DNA from: Phoronis australis
Taxonomy: Eukaryota > Animalia > Phoronida
NCBI GenBank assembly: GCA_002633005.1
Contig: NMRA01000600.1
Span: forward strand, 190,399 to 254,398
Direction of reading: 5' to 3'
DNA length: 64,000 nt
The notes beneath the pieces were generated by a model. The model searched no databases. It had not been told where the DNA came from and saw only the letters and a program-made list of their open reading frames with translations. Shown piece by piece: positions 25,787-38,450 of this stretch. Both the position numbers and the translations under genes were made by a program. Each line of letters begins with the position of its first letter. Positions within the stretch are counted from its first letter, which is position 1.

Positions 25787-25985
25787 GGGGTTAGGGTTAG
25801 GTTTACAGAGTTAGGCTTACAGGGTGAAGGTTACAGGGTTAGGGTAAGAGTTCCAGGGTTAGGGTCAGAATAGGGGTTAGGGCTGGACTTCCAGGGTTAG
25901 GGTAAGGGTTATGGTGTTAGGCTAAGGCCCCACGATTAGGGTTTGGGTTAGGGCTAAGCCGGTTAGGTCTAGTTAGGGTAAAGAT
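25787..25985 (+). repeat. Degenerate (TTAGGG)n interstitial telomere-like tract
   Basis: Repeated GGGTTAGGG, GGGTAAGGG and GGTTAGG variants over ~200 bp. Confidence 0.8.
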
Positions 25986-27194
25986 TAAATTGTTTCTACA
26001 AATAATGTAAAAATAAATCAGCAGAAACTACTGTTAAGACTTTGATTATTGACATAGAGAGGAATTAGTGCCAACACTTGGAACTATTTGAAAGTTGAAA
26101 TTTGGCCATTTCTTTTTAAGGAGGCACTGAACGGATTTCAAGGGGGATTGCCTGTCAGAACAGACCTCAATGGACTCTTCATCCTGTCTTCACTCTGTCA
26201 AAAACTGCATGCAAATAAAGAAAAGTTCTGAGCCATTTCACATCACAAACCAAACAGATGAGCACAGAAACTTTATTCTCTCTTGTATTTTTGACCCTTT
26301 CACTCCCAGTGGAAACCAAGTCAGACTAAGACAAATAAGGGCAAAATATGCAAAATCGGCACTTTTCTCCCCAAAACCACCACTTCCCTGCCAATGCTCA
26401 ACTAAAGCCAACATTAGATTCCGAAAGCAAATTTTCTACCGATTCCAAAAATGTGGCCCAAAAGTACTGTCAACCAACTAGTTTTTTTTGTAATCTGGCT
26501 TGTTTGAGGGCTACCTGAAATCGCGGCTAATTTCTCAGTTGCTACACAGCAATGCACAATTGCAACAGGGGGCCACCACCTTGAAGAAGAGTGCAACTAC
26601 AGCCAAGAAAGTGGCCTTTTTCATTCTCAGCATGTTCACAAATACAAACAAACCACATTCACTGAGCCTACATGCAATGCCTACATACAAAATGACCCCA
26701 AACTTGGCCGCGGCTGCAGCCTAACTGTTCAGTGCCACCTTTACCAAATGCATGTATGCACCAATGATGTGTAAAGCTCATTTATTATACTTTTCCTTCT
26801 TTAAAAAGAGCAGCTGTTCAATAATGTAAGTTTCATTGCCTGCATAAAGATATTATTGATAACAATAACACACACATCATTCATTCTCATTTAAACACAT
26901 ATGCAGGTATAATATTAATATATGTATCTCCTCTTTGTTTATAATACGTCCATTTATTGTACTCTGTTTTTGTGTTTTTGAGGCTCATAACTTAGCAAAA
27001 CGAATTAAATTTAATTGCGGCATTTCCTTTGTATTTAATTAATTTCGTCATTTATTTTTGTTAGACTGGACTAAGATTATTTTTCATCAGATAAGCTAAG
27101 ATATGTTAAGTTTTGTCTTAAGCTGTTGTGACGTTTTTCCCGTGTATGGGTTGGTGCAGGTAGATACCAACTGGTGCTAATATCTTTCGATCTC

Positions 27195-27295
27195 GGTCGA
27201 TACGCGGAATAATATCTCGTGGAATATTACTTCATTTACGCCAATCGAGGTATGTTTGGAATTTATCCCATAAGCTTCGATTTCCTAAGTTTCTT
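27195..27295 (-). mobile_element. Fragment of the Crypton-like repeat at 41600-42955
   Basis: Reverse complement TGGCGTAAATGAAGTAATATTCCACGAGATATTATTCCGCGTATCGACC closely matches 41670-41717. Confidence 0.7.
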
Positions 27296-27385
27296 TCGTT
27301 TTTTCCGCAGATTTTTTAAGTAGTTCATTCAGACAGTTCACGTGGCGGATCACATCCTGTACAGTGTATGCATGTACTTGGGCTT

Positions 27386-30300
27386 TAGTGTGCAATTAAC
27401 GAGTCAATATACCACCTGACCCACAATAAATTGCAACAAAATGTTTTACAGTGGTTTTACGCGCCACTGCGTATCCTTATTAACAGGGAAATGTCTACCA
27501 AAATCTGACCACCGGAAATGGGTCAAAACTGCGTCATTTCCAAGCTGGCCGCCACGACGTTTCAAAATCACCAAAAATAAATATAGCTCATTCAATAATT
27601 GAGATAGAGACATAATTTTTGGTTCTAGTCTATGGTTTTAACGAGTTAGTTACTCGCTGGTGTGGTTAAAACTAAGATATGATTAGTATTTGATATGAAC
27701 TTCAAGATTGCGGCTAAAGTTCAATAACAGAAATCACTGATTTTCACTTCATCAATTATAACGGAAGTATGATCAGATATGACTGGTTTCTCATTGAATG
27801 ATTTTAAAACATTTAGATTTGACTGATTGCTGACTGAACTACTATGAAATGTGAACATTGCATTAATATTTAATATTCAACTCAAAACATTGGCTTACAT
27901 AAAAGTAACAAAAAGTGTAGATTTGCTTGCCACTGGTTTTTAATTAAAAACACACAAGGAAACTAGAATCCCAAGGCAAAATGTCAACATCTGTCTGAAG
28001 TGCCCACAATCAGCCGCAATTGTGCAGATCATCGAAAATCTTGAGAAGAAGTCTGTGGCTGGTCTGAAAATGATCCATACTGCTCAGGCAATGATCAAGG
28101 TAGATCGCACTCGGTCTTGGATGATCACTTGCCAGCTGTTGGTGATACCTTGCCAATATTTGTTGCAGCTGGAGAGAACAACTACCTGAAATCTGTTTAC
28201 CTCTACATACAAGAAATGGCTGATTTGGAGAGCAAACACCCAGATGTGTATGCGAAGTTTCAAAAATAGCTGTCATATGATTCGGCGAGCAAACCAGTTT
28301 TGGGCAGGCCTTAGCTGTGATCAAGCCATTGAGAAAAATTACTAAATGCGATCGCTATAAGGCACAGGCGGCTTGACTCATGGCAGTAAGATGACAGAGG
28401 AGCAGCAAGCATTGTGGACAATTTTGGTCACCTTAACGTCAAAAGTGAACATCACCTTACAGGACTCCAATGACCTCACGTACACAACAAGCGAACCACA
28501 CAAACTGGCAACTGCTGCCAGAATTGAAAGAGATATGTATGCGACTTTTCAAAGATAAGTATAAAGATGACCGCATTTTCACCCTTCTCCCCAGACTCTG
28601 CGCTACGCAATGTCATCAATGGTGTTGTCGCCAACTCAAATGTCAACGTGCATGGATGTCAATCTCTTGGGAAAAAAATCATTGAGAGAATGGTTCGACA
28701 ACCTGTGTTTACTTTCTCTTTTAAGATGAAAGAGAATGCTAAGACCCTGGGAAATACAGCAGCAGTCCAGGTTGGTCCTGACGGAACCATCGATCCTTGC
28801 TTACTCTTCCAGCCATCCCAGGTGGTATTCCAGTAAGACGAGAGTCTTTCTATGAGGACAACCTGTTCTTGAAGAAGGCTGATAGACCTCAACTGACCGC
28901 TCTTCCAAGGCCCATGCTCTTGAAGGAGCACCAAACTCCACACCTTAAGTACGTCTCCAGACTGAAAAGTGTGCGCTTGATGGGGATCTTTTCTACACAA
29001 GCTCAAATGGAAAAATAGACACTGTATACCTATGAGAAATTGTCGAAACATATGGTGACTTCACGGCAAAGCAAACTGAGGCAGCCACTGTTGTCTTTGA
29101 TGGTTATGGTGCAGGTCCTTCGATAACGGATACACAGAGACGGAGACAGATCAGCATCTACCCGACGGTGAACTTCACCGGAGAAACGGACTTTGATGGT
29201 TAAGAGAGATGAATTCCTATCCACTGGCAGAAACAAGCAACAACTGATCGCCTTAATAAGTGACCAGCTGCAGAAAGTGGGATGCACAGCCGTTCAGGCA
29301 GAAGGGGACGCCGATGTGGTCACTGCAAAGACAGCAGTAAACAATGTAATATGCATTCCACCACAGTATTCGGCAAGGACTCTAACTTGTTGATGCTTAT
29401 GCTCCATTATTGTATGGTTGACGGGAAATCACTATTTTTCAGATCTGGCTACCAGCCAAGAACCAATCTTAAAGTATACGACATAAATTGGATGAGGTGT
29501 GTGCTCAGGATTAAATTGTGTATCCAGCTACTTTTCCTGCCCTCCTACACAGGATGCAACGCAACGGCTCGTGTATGGCGTCGGAAAGACTTCAGTCTCC
29601 AAGAAACTCGTGAAAGATGACCAAGTCCTCCAGTCATGCGCAGACACATTCACCACGAAAGGTGTGAGCCCCGCTTAGAGAAACTTGGCAGCCAAGCGAT
29701 GGTGGCAATGCTTGGTAGAGAGGGCACGTGTTCTCTGCTGTGCATTACAACATATTTACAAAGAAGCTTGCTGTTGCTAAGTCTTTCGCTACTCCCGAAC
29801 GTCTTCCACACACGGAATCAGCCACCAGGTTTCATTGTCTCGAGTGTGCTAACAGGTCATGGTTTTGATGGAGATGGCAAATGACCGGGGTCCTTTAGAC
29901 TGGGGCTGGAGACTTGAAGACAATGAAGTCGTGCACATCCTAACCGCCATGAATGCTTCACCAGGCACTCCTCTAGATGACACACTGCAACTGCACTACA
30001 GCTGGTAGCACGCCCCGGTGCAGTTGCAGAAAGATTGGGCTTGCATGTACATCTATATTTAGATTCTGCCTAGCGACATTTTGTGACAATCCACTAAATC
30101 AAATTTCTGAGGAACGTGAAGACAGTGATGATGATTGACCTGAGGCAGTATGCATTCGTGTAATGAACATAACATTCTTGGATGAAAATGTAATCTACTC
30201 GTTCGTGAGTCATGTCGACGAATAATTACTTTATTTACACCTGTTTTTCAGTCATTTTGATACTGAGTAACGCCTTTCAGTAAAGGGGAATTTTTGCAGG

Positions 30301-31143
30301 CTTAAGTTATTGAGCATAATACAACATATACCTTGGTACACATTCTCTGTGAGTGCATTCCAAACACCGTAGTTCATTAGATTGCAGTAAGGACTTTGTG
30401 TAAAAAATGTTGTAATTAACCCCAGTTAGCTCGTTCTCAGGACTTGAAAACACCATGACTTTTCAAAATGTAGCACCCAACTGACTGTAACAAAACCCTT
30501 GAAAACGTAATTCCGAATAAATTTATTGCTAAGTGTCACCATTCTTGATATAACACCTTTTATAATCTTGTAAGCTAATTTGGCATTGACTTTTTTGGGT
30601 TATAAAAGTATCTTTTCTATCTTGATAGGAAAACACGGTGCCTCATTATATTTCTTATGGTGTACTGACAATAGATTGATATGCACATGTGCAAAACTTC
30701 GTGCAATTTCAATGAATGTTTATAGAAAAAAATAAAGGTTAAAGTTCGAAACGTTTCTTCGACCACCCGATGTAATGGACAAATCAGTTATTTTTTATTC
30801 TTGAATTTTAGTCGCCATCTTGAATTTCATATCAAATACTGATCAAATCTTAATTTTAACCACACCAGCGAGTTGCTCACCCGGTAAAACCATAGACTAG
30901 AACCAAAAATTATGTCTCTACCGCAATTACTTAAGAAATTCTATTTTGGTGATTTCAAAACGTCATGTCAGCCATCGTTGAAATGACGGAGTTTTAACCC
31001 ATTTCCGGTGGTCAGATTATGGTAGACTTTTTGGCTGTTAATAAGTATACGCAGTAGAGCACCAAACCCTTGTAAAACCTTAATTTTGTTGCAATTTGTT
31101 GTGGGTCGGGTGGCTATTTGTTATAAATTGAGTCGTTCACATA
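27386..31143 (+). mobile_element. Academ DNA transposon, internally deleted, with ~350-bp TIRs
   Basis: 27386-27745 is an inverted repeat of ~30780-31143; left terminus TAG; internal Academ transposase pseudogene. The right terminus is degenerate. Confidence 0.85.
28060..30137 (+). pseudogene. Academ transposase C-terminal half (transposase region, XPG/PIN-like nuclease, Cys-rich zinc finger)
   Basis: Frameshifted motifs: DRTRSW..HL, FVAAGENNYLKSVYLY, IRRANQFWAGLSCDQAIE, GGLTHG, VVFDGY, NKQQLIALI, EGDADV, YTGCN, LDWGW and CNCT...CSCRKIGLACT...CDN. Confidence 0.85.
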
Positions 31144-31749
31144 TTTTCTCAAATAAAAAAACAGTTTTAACTGTAACGGTTTATTACTTGAAAAGAGATG
31201 AAAACAATGGATACTTTGCACTGGTCTTGTAACGTCTCCTGGGAGTAGTTAAATGACAGTACTATTTGATATTGCAGTTACCGAGGAATCGGCGCCTGAG
31301 TTGCAGGCGATATATTGTTTAGCAAATGAAAGCTGGGACAGAACTGTCATATAGTCTATTCGCCGCGTGCGCGGACCAATCGCACACGATGCAAATAGGC
31401 TAGCTTGCACAACAACAAAACTGTTTAGTCTTTTTTAATATTCAAAATGTACCAAGTTAAAACTTTTCACCTTACTGAAGGTTTTAACTTTGTGCAAATG
31501 CCAGAGAAAACAATATGGGCGTAATAACGACCGCCATTGTTAAGAAAGTGGCGCTAACGATTACCTTTCCACTTCAGTAGCTCATATCAACATCAATACA
31601 AAGGACGTGCTGAATAGGCTTAATAAAAGTTCTCTGGGTCTTAGGGCGGTGACCAGTGTAAGACATAAATTGTCAACATGACTGGCTGATGACTCACAGC
31701 TATGCCAGTAACTGCACAGCACTACATGTACAAAACCATTTTGTGTAAT

Positions 31750-32030
31750 TTACTGGGCGCTACTGGGAGTAAGTTGGTCCATTACTGGATCAATGCTGTC
31801 TCAGCACTGCATACGGCGTTGGCTTATTAATGGCCCAGTATCTTATAAAGCTGCCATAGCCGGCCTGTTACCGCTCCGGTACTGGCCTAGTACTGACCTA
31901 TGACTGCAAAGGGTACAGAGCCATAATCAATAATGTACCGAGAAAGTACTGGCAGTAAGCCAGCCCAGTACAGGGCCAATACCGGCCCGGCCCTAAATAG
32001 GGTACTGGCTCATTGATGGGTCAATACCGT
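31750..32030. repeat. Cluster of short (A/G)GTACTGG(C/G)C-type repeats, subterminal-type
   Basis: TACTGG and CCAGTA recur at about 11- and 22-bp spacing; a similar cluster lies at 38250-38450. Confidence 0.55.
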
Positions 32031-33129
32031 ACAAAGTTGTTACAGCGCGTTACCCATGACGAATCTCTCCCTGCTGAAAATTCAAGCCAAAAACCAATTA
32101 AAATTGTTAACTGAAGCGTAAGTTTCAATTACCCCATTCCCTGCCAACACAATAGAGAGCCAGCTGAATGGGCTGCCTAAGTTAAGAAAGCATCATAAAA
32201 TTCTCCAACTGAATAGGACTACTTGTGACCTTCCTTTTGACCTGGATTTTCATATGGAGGAACCAGAAACCTCTTATATGGTAGTTACATTGGCTGAGAA
32301 GGAATTTTGTAGAAACAATAAATCCCAATAGTTTGGTTACACTTACATTGCAATTATTTTACAATAAATGAAGTAATATGAAAGATAAGCAATACATCTA
32401 ATCACACAAGTTTTTATTTTTAAAACATGCATACAGATAGATATAATAGGAAAAAGGAAACAACTTTACCCAGAAAATAAACATGACTGTACAATACTCT
32501 AGTTTATAAAAAATAATATTGAGAACCTAGGGACAAAGTGAGATCTGTTAAAAAATACACATCTGTAAATGCTGCGCATCAAGATATATAAATACCTCAA
32601 CTTACATAATATACACACGTTTAAGTTATGAGCTTCCAAGTTAACAAAATATGATCAACAAAATACTTATTGTTGAAGCTAAAAACATACCAGTACCATT
32701 GTGATGATAGAAAAAATTATGCACACCTTTAATCGCATTTGTTTGGGACAAAATATGAGTACGAACTTTAAAATCAGCGCATATGTGAACAACGGCAACG
32801 GCAGCAACAACAAAATACTTGTAATTGGAGGTAAAAACAGACCATTACAATTGTGATAATAGAAGAAACCGATGCATATCTTTAATCACATTTGTTTTTA
32901 GCCAAAATATGCTTTTAAGGGGCATCAACAACAGGATGCAATACAGTAGACAATAATACATAAAATAATAATTAGATACAGGTAACAAAGCAGCAATTAA
33001 TAACAGGTTAAGGGTGAAATTTTGACCAGGAGAGATGAAATAAAGAGATGGTACTAAATAGTGAGGGCATGAACAATAATGAAAAATGACATAATTAAGA
33101 AAGGTAAAGTGTAAGAATGGGTAAGTAAA

Positions 33130-33365
33130 TTACAGCCACTTTTTACTATTAAGTTTAACAGTATTAATTGAAATGGGGCATTTAATTTCTGGGCTAAGAG
33201 AATTCTTTATTACAGCAGCAGCATAAATAAGAGATCTCTCCCCGCTCTTAGTTTTATTTTTTTCAAAACAAACATTACCAGCAAGGGAAGGTGTAAAGAA
33301 TATGGCTTGACTGCTGCCGAATTTGTGGCCAAGATATGTTGAAGCAAAGCCATCGACACATCTGT
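33130..33365 (-). mobile_element. 3' end of a CR1/L2-group non-LTR retrotransposon ORF2, decayed
   Basis: RCVDGFASTYL...TKSGERSLIYAAAVIKNSLSPEIKCPISINTVKLNSKKWL* resembles the NGLAPxYL...GxRSFxYxGAxxWNxLPxxIK..SxxxFKxxLK tail. Confidence 0.6.
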
Positions 33366-34680
33366 TACATGCAACAGGCAGAGAGATATTTATTTCTTAT
33401 TATTTTAATACAAAGTGAAACTTCACATTTCATCAACTTATATCAACATCAGAATTACTTAATAATCACTGAAACAAAAGATACACTAAACATCTGCACG
33501 GCATGAGCAGTGTTTACAATAAGTCTAAGTAGTAATGAACTATATACAACAATCTACTTTACAAAACCCTTTTAATATTATAAAACACTTGTGTAATTAC
33601 AAAACTAACAGCAGCAACAAGTCAATGACCTGGTCCTCAACATTAGAAATGAACCAGAGGGCCAGACCAAAAAGAAATGAGCAAACCATGACACAAAAAT
33701 AAGCCTTGCAACTGCTTCACAAAACTCAACTATTAATGTTTGTAAAAATACAAGGGGAATTTAAGAGCATGGCAGAATCCCTATTCAAAACAATACCAAA
33801 TGGCGCTTGGAGATGTCCCACCTACATCTCAGTGCAAAATATGAAAAAATTAGATTCCCTTTAGAGATGTCATGCCAACGACATAGTGTGACATGCAGAC
33901 AGACCTTTGTGAATACTATGTCTCCGACATCGTGCTATGAGCGACAAAAATTATGCCAACGACATTGTGTGACATACAGACAGAATGCCAAAGGTTTGGA
34001 CATGAAATTGTAAATTTCATAAAAATGAATGAAAAATTCACATAGCTTTCATTTACAAAATTGAAGCAAACTTTAAATAACGATGTTCATATAACACTTC
34101 TCTATAACACAGCTCAAAACTAGCACCAAGCAAACAGCAAGGAACTGCCGCAACCGGCAAAGTGGTTCTCAGAATTTTGCATGTTAAATAGGACTATTGC
34201 AGGGGATTCAGCAGTTAACCCAATATGACAAGAACTGTGAACTGACGTTTGTACCTGGCATTCTGTCCTCGCATTGCATCATTCCTTAAGTCTTCTTTAG
34301 CTACTTATCGCATAAAAACATTCATGTATTTTTTAATCCTTGTTTGGTCTCCATCTTGTGTTAAGTAGTTCACTGTGTCACCATTAAACAATATTTTTCC
34401 ATTGGGAGGACACTCTTGCTTTGGGACCTGTGCGTTGTTTCCCTTTGACAAATCCACTGACTGAAAAAAGGCATACAAAGTTAGAGTTCATAACACGTAC
34501 CCGACTTGCAGGGTGTAATGCATGTTGATAATCCCATTCACTTTTCCTCAAAGGCAAGTATGAAACACAAAGTATACAGAAGGAAAAATATAAGTTAAAT
34601 CAAATAAGACTGTAATTTTGTATTTTTTAATGTTAATGGTTTCATCACTTTTGAATGTAATTATTGAAGCCTATCAAAAT

Positions 34681-34749
34681 CTAGGCAATGCCCATCGCCT
34701 CTGCTGGCCCAACCAGGTTGGGCCAGCAGAGGCGTTGGTCATTGCCAAG
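34681..34749. repeat. Near-perfect palindrome (34-bp arms, 1-nt centre)
   Basis: GGCAATGCCCATCGCCTCTGCTGGCCCAACC-A-GGTTGGGCCAGCAGAGGCGTTGGTCATTGCC; 3 mismatches over 34 bp. Confidence 0.9.
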
Positions 34750-35269
34750 TAAAAATCTATTCGGTGTAATCACACAAACACCCCACCCTCACAAAAATTT
34801 CCGCAACAATTCAGCTTAAAATCTAACTTTCAAAAAATCAGTCATTACGGGGTAGGTAAGGTAAATTACATCGCCGTGAATGCCGAGGAAGTTACGTAAA
34901 ATCACGCCTGTAAATGAACACAGTCCATGGACACGAATCTTAAAAAAAAAACTAATATATGCCATGCTATTTTGCAAGTGTCACACGCGAGGTCACGCGC
35001 TCTCTAAGTCTCGCGCTTGTGCTTGCCTAACTCAATGGAATTAGTTTGTGGTTGTCGCACGCGATGAAAAAGTTAACGGCTACTAAAAAGTGGAATTCGA
35101 ATTCTTCGCCATAATCGTCTTACTTCAACAAACATGCTTCATGGAAGATATGTACAGAGCCAGAAATGATCGCTGTAGAAACTAAGCGCTTTTTTAAGTG
35201 AAATTTAGCCAGCGGAGGGGCTACGTGTTGCCTAGGGCCACGGTAGGCCTAAAGGTACTTACATTGGGA

Positions 35270-35368
35270 GCACAGGCGTCCTCAGCTTCTGATCGTCCCC
35301 AATACACTACATATAATACTACTATATGTAGTGTATTGGTGACGATCAGAAGCTGAGGACGCCTGTGC
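35270..35368. mobile_element. Foldback MITE (46-bp arms, 7-nt loop)
   Basis: Arms 35270-35315 and 35323-35368 with one mismatch; flanks CATTGGGAG / CATGGGAG resemble an 8-9 bp TSD. Confidence 0.85.
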
Positions 35369-35900
35369 ATGGGAGCAGGTTTGCTAGAAACAATTGATAC
35401 GGGGAAGGCCTGAAGGCTGTAATAAATTCACATAACAAAAATAGTAGACCTAACGCGCAAGAAGTAATACGTTAAAATGTGCACCATTCTCTGATCATCT
35501 GTCACTGTGTACCTTAGTACTTACCTCTATTCCCTAAGCGCTTGAGTTTGGGTAGTTGACCGTGTCGAATTTCACTCGACAGTCGAGTCCACGTCTCTTT
35601 CAAGTTTCCGTGTCCAGGCCAGTCGGGAAACTTAAAGGCGAAGGCAACCTTTTTCCATGTCATTTTGAGCTAAAATAAGGTTGGTTGGTTATCCTAGACA
35701 TATTTTCCACTTAATTACAGCTTTTCGTAATTTTATTAATTACTCGTCCGCTACTCCGGAAGTGACGTTTTAGGAGGCAAGCATTTCGCGCCAATTTCTT
35801 TTCATATAGTCTGACTGTGAGAGCTGCCGAGTCAGTCATTGTTCTACCTCGGTTGTGTTAAGTTCCGTCGTCGTTTGCTTTCATTTACTAGTCAGTCAAC

Positions 35901-36970
35901 ATGCCACACTGTTGCTGCGTACCAGGATGTACTAATTATCGGCTCACGCGCGCTTTGGGAGTACCTTTGCATCGCTTTCCGATGGATGACAAACTTCGCC
36001 GTACTTGGCTCGTTCGTGTGAAGAACGCAGCGTTACCCGTCCACGTAACGTACAAAGCAGTGGAGAACCGTGTGTGTGGCAAGCACTTTCTGCCGTCCGA
36101 TTACGAAAGGTATTTGTACGCTGAACTGATGAAGGTCCCTGCGAAACAACGTCTGAAGAAGGATGCCATTCCGTCTGTGTTGATTCCCGGCAGTGCCCCG
36201 TCGCCACCCCCGAGAAGTGCGTTTTTGAAGCGAGAAGCCTCGCGAGCTGTGGCCAGTACAGTGACTGGAGCCAGTGGAGGCACTTCATCTACTGTCACCC
36301 GTGCCTCCGAACGTACCCCAGAGCGTGCAATTCCTGGAACCAGTAGTGATTCGCCCTGTGCTGTTTTCTCCAGCCCAGAGCCTCTAAGCAGCCCTGCAGC
36401 GATATTGAGTAGTGGGAGTGATTACAGGCCCAGTTCGACACCCAGTGAAGAGGACAGTTCGTCGTCCAGTGAACAGATCGGTGAGCCAAACTTTGATAAG
36501 TTTATTGTGGACTTGTCTAAAGTGTTGGAGCTATTTAGAAGGTGCCAGGTGTGTGGCGAGGGAGTCACACGACACAATGTAAGCAGTTTGGGTGCTCAGG
36601 TCACCATCCAGTGGGAGTGTGTCACGGGACACTCTGGCAAGTGGGACAGTTGTTCCTCTGTCCGTGGTATGCCGGAGGTCCACTTAACCATGTCCAGTGG
36701 TGTGCTCTTCACTGGAAACACGTTTCAGTCGGTGAAGACAATGATGGACTTTGGAAAAGTCAAGTTTTTTTTTCGAAAACAACATTCAACAACATTCAGA
36801 ATTCCTATTTAATACCAGTTGTCAATGACGCATACATGTCACAACATCTCGAGTTGGTGGCGGAATTCATGGAGAAGGAGAACTTGTCTGACTCACCAGG
36901 GCGGTCCGCCAAGTATACGACATACACTCTAATGGAGGAAGAGACCAAAAAGATAATTGATGTGGAACTC
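35901..36970 (+). pseudogene. Kolobok transposase 5' part: THAP domain, second zinc finger, start of DDE domain
   Basis: THAP motifs CCVPGC..HRFP..W..VCGKHF..LKKDAIPS, then CQVC..CVTGH. Frameshift in the T-run near 36770. DSPGRSAKYTTYTLME lacks the preceding GDGR. Truncated at about 36970. Confidence 0.9.
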
Positions 36971-37240
36971 GGAACAGCACAAGCATTCAATTGAGGTAGG
37001 CATAACAACGCACACAGTGCATTTGCACCAAGATGTGTCACCACGTCTGTCTTCAGTAGCCGCCTCGTTTCTCTCAACAGCTGCCTGTGCCTGTGTGTAC
37101 TCTGCCTCGTTGTACTCGGGCTCAAACATGTACCCACCCACTGAATGTCCGTGAAAAAATTCCTCGTCACCACTGCTGTGAACAAGGTCTCCGTCACTCA
37201 CACTACTGTCACTGTGATACGGGTCACCGACTCCAGCCAT
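36965..37240 (-). pseudogene. KolX (P2X7 ballast-like Cys-rich protein) 5' part
   Basis: ATG at 37240; acidic N-terminus, YMFEPE, WCKCTVCVVMPTSIECLCCSE; truncated at the deletion junction. Confidence 0.85.
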
Positions 37241-38249
37241 TTTCAGCTTACAACACACTAAACAATCCCTAAATCCAACGCAGTTGAGTTCTCTACTAAC
37301 CTATCTTGCCGCAGAATACTCGCCGATGGAAAGTGGTGGCGACAATTGTTGAAAACAGCACAATACAAATAGAACAGATTTGCACGGTAAAGTCAACGCA
37401 AAACCAAGTGGCGGGAAACGCTTGCCTCCTAAAACGTCACTTCCGGAGTAGCAGACGAGTAATTTATAAAATTACGAAAAGCTGTAATTAAGTGGAAAAT
37501 ATGTCGAGGATAACCAACCAACCTTATTTTAGCTCAAAATGACATGGAAAAAGGTTGCCTTCGCCTTAAACGAAACAGATTAGTGCTAACACGCTCATCC
37601 ATGCACGGTCGGCGTCTGCCCTGTTGTCACTCTTATCCACAGCTTGGCACTTCTCGCATACTTTGAAAAAAAATCCGCTATCGCAAACTATGTAGGCCTA
37701 CTCAAACATCACTGGAAGTTCGACTGAACCACGTGGGATTGTCTACTTCGGAAAATGACGACTGTATACCTACGTTTAAAAACAAGTTCCCAATTGCTAT
37801 TCGTTTTGACAAAATATTTCTCCTTATTGTGTAATATGTTATATACTGAAACTTGCGTTTTATTAAAACAAATTTATTGTGGTACATTTTGGCCTTTTGG
37901 TAGGAAATTATAAGTTGCCTCATGGCGACGAATCACGGTATACCCTTTGTAAATTCTGCTAGTACACAAGGTGGTAAATTTTTATATTAATAAAAACTTT
38001 ATTTTCTGGCCTAGAAAGAAAATTCAAAGTTCTAAAATGCTTAGTTTTTCGCGAGGAATTCGGTTAGGCAGGTAGATTTTTGAAATAAACTTTACTTTTT
38101 TTGCCAATAGTTGACAGGCACGTAGTGTATGGCATAATGAGGTGATTACGTACGTGACCAAGCAGCCCAAACAGCTGGACTGAATTCAGTGGGCTATTGT
38201 GTTCGCATTAGCAAACTCCAACCGTCGGACGAAGGCCGTCCGACGGTCA

Positions 38250-38450
38250 ATGTTCAGCTGGGAAGGGTCCGCCATGCGCCCGTTTTGGCCCGGTACTGGG
38301 CCGGTGTTGCTTTTGGTACAGGGCCAGTACATTTGCCAGTGTGCACGGCGTTATTGTGCCAGTACTGGCCATCAATACTGTGACAATATCATGGACGGTA
38401 ATTGGACACTATTGGTCCACTACTAGTCCACTACTGGTCCACTACTGTAA
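38250..38450. repeat. GTACTGG-type subterminal repeat cluster
   Basis: GGTACTGGGCC, AGTACTGGCC and (CCACTACTGGT)-like 11-bp units. Confidence 0.55.

Larger units (their letters stand above)
35636..37566 (+). mobile_element. Kolobok DNA transposon, internally deleted
   Basis: ~155-bp near-perfect TIRs (AGGCGAAGGCAACC... / ...GGTTGCCTTCGCCT), TTAA target (one T short on the right), and convergent THAP-transposase and KolX-like ORFs. Confidence 0.92.
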
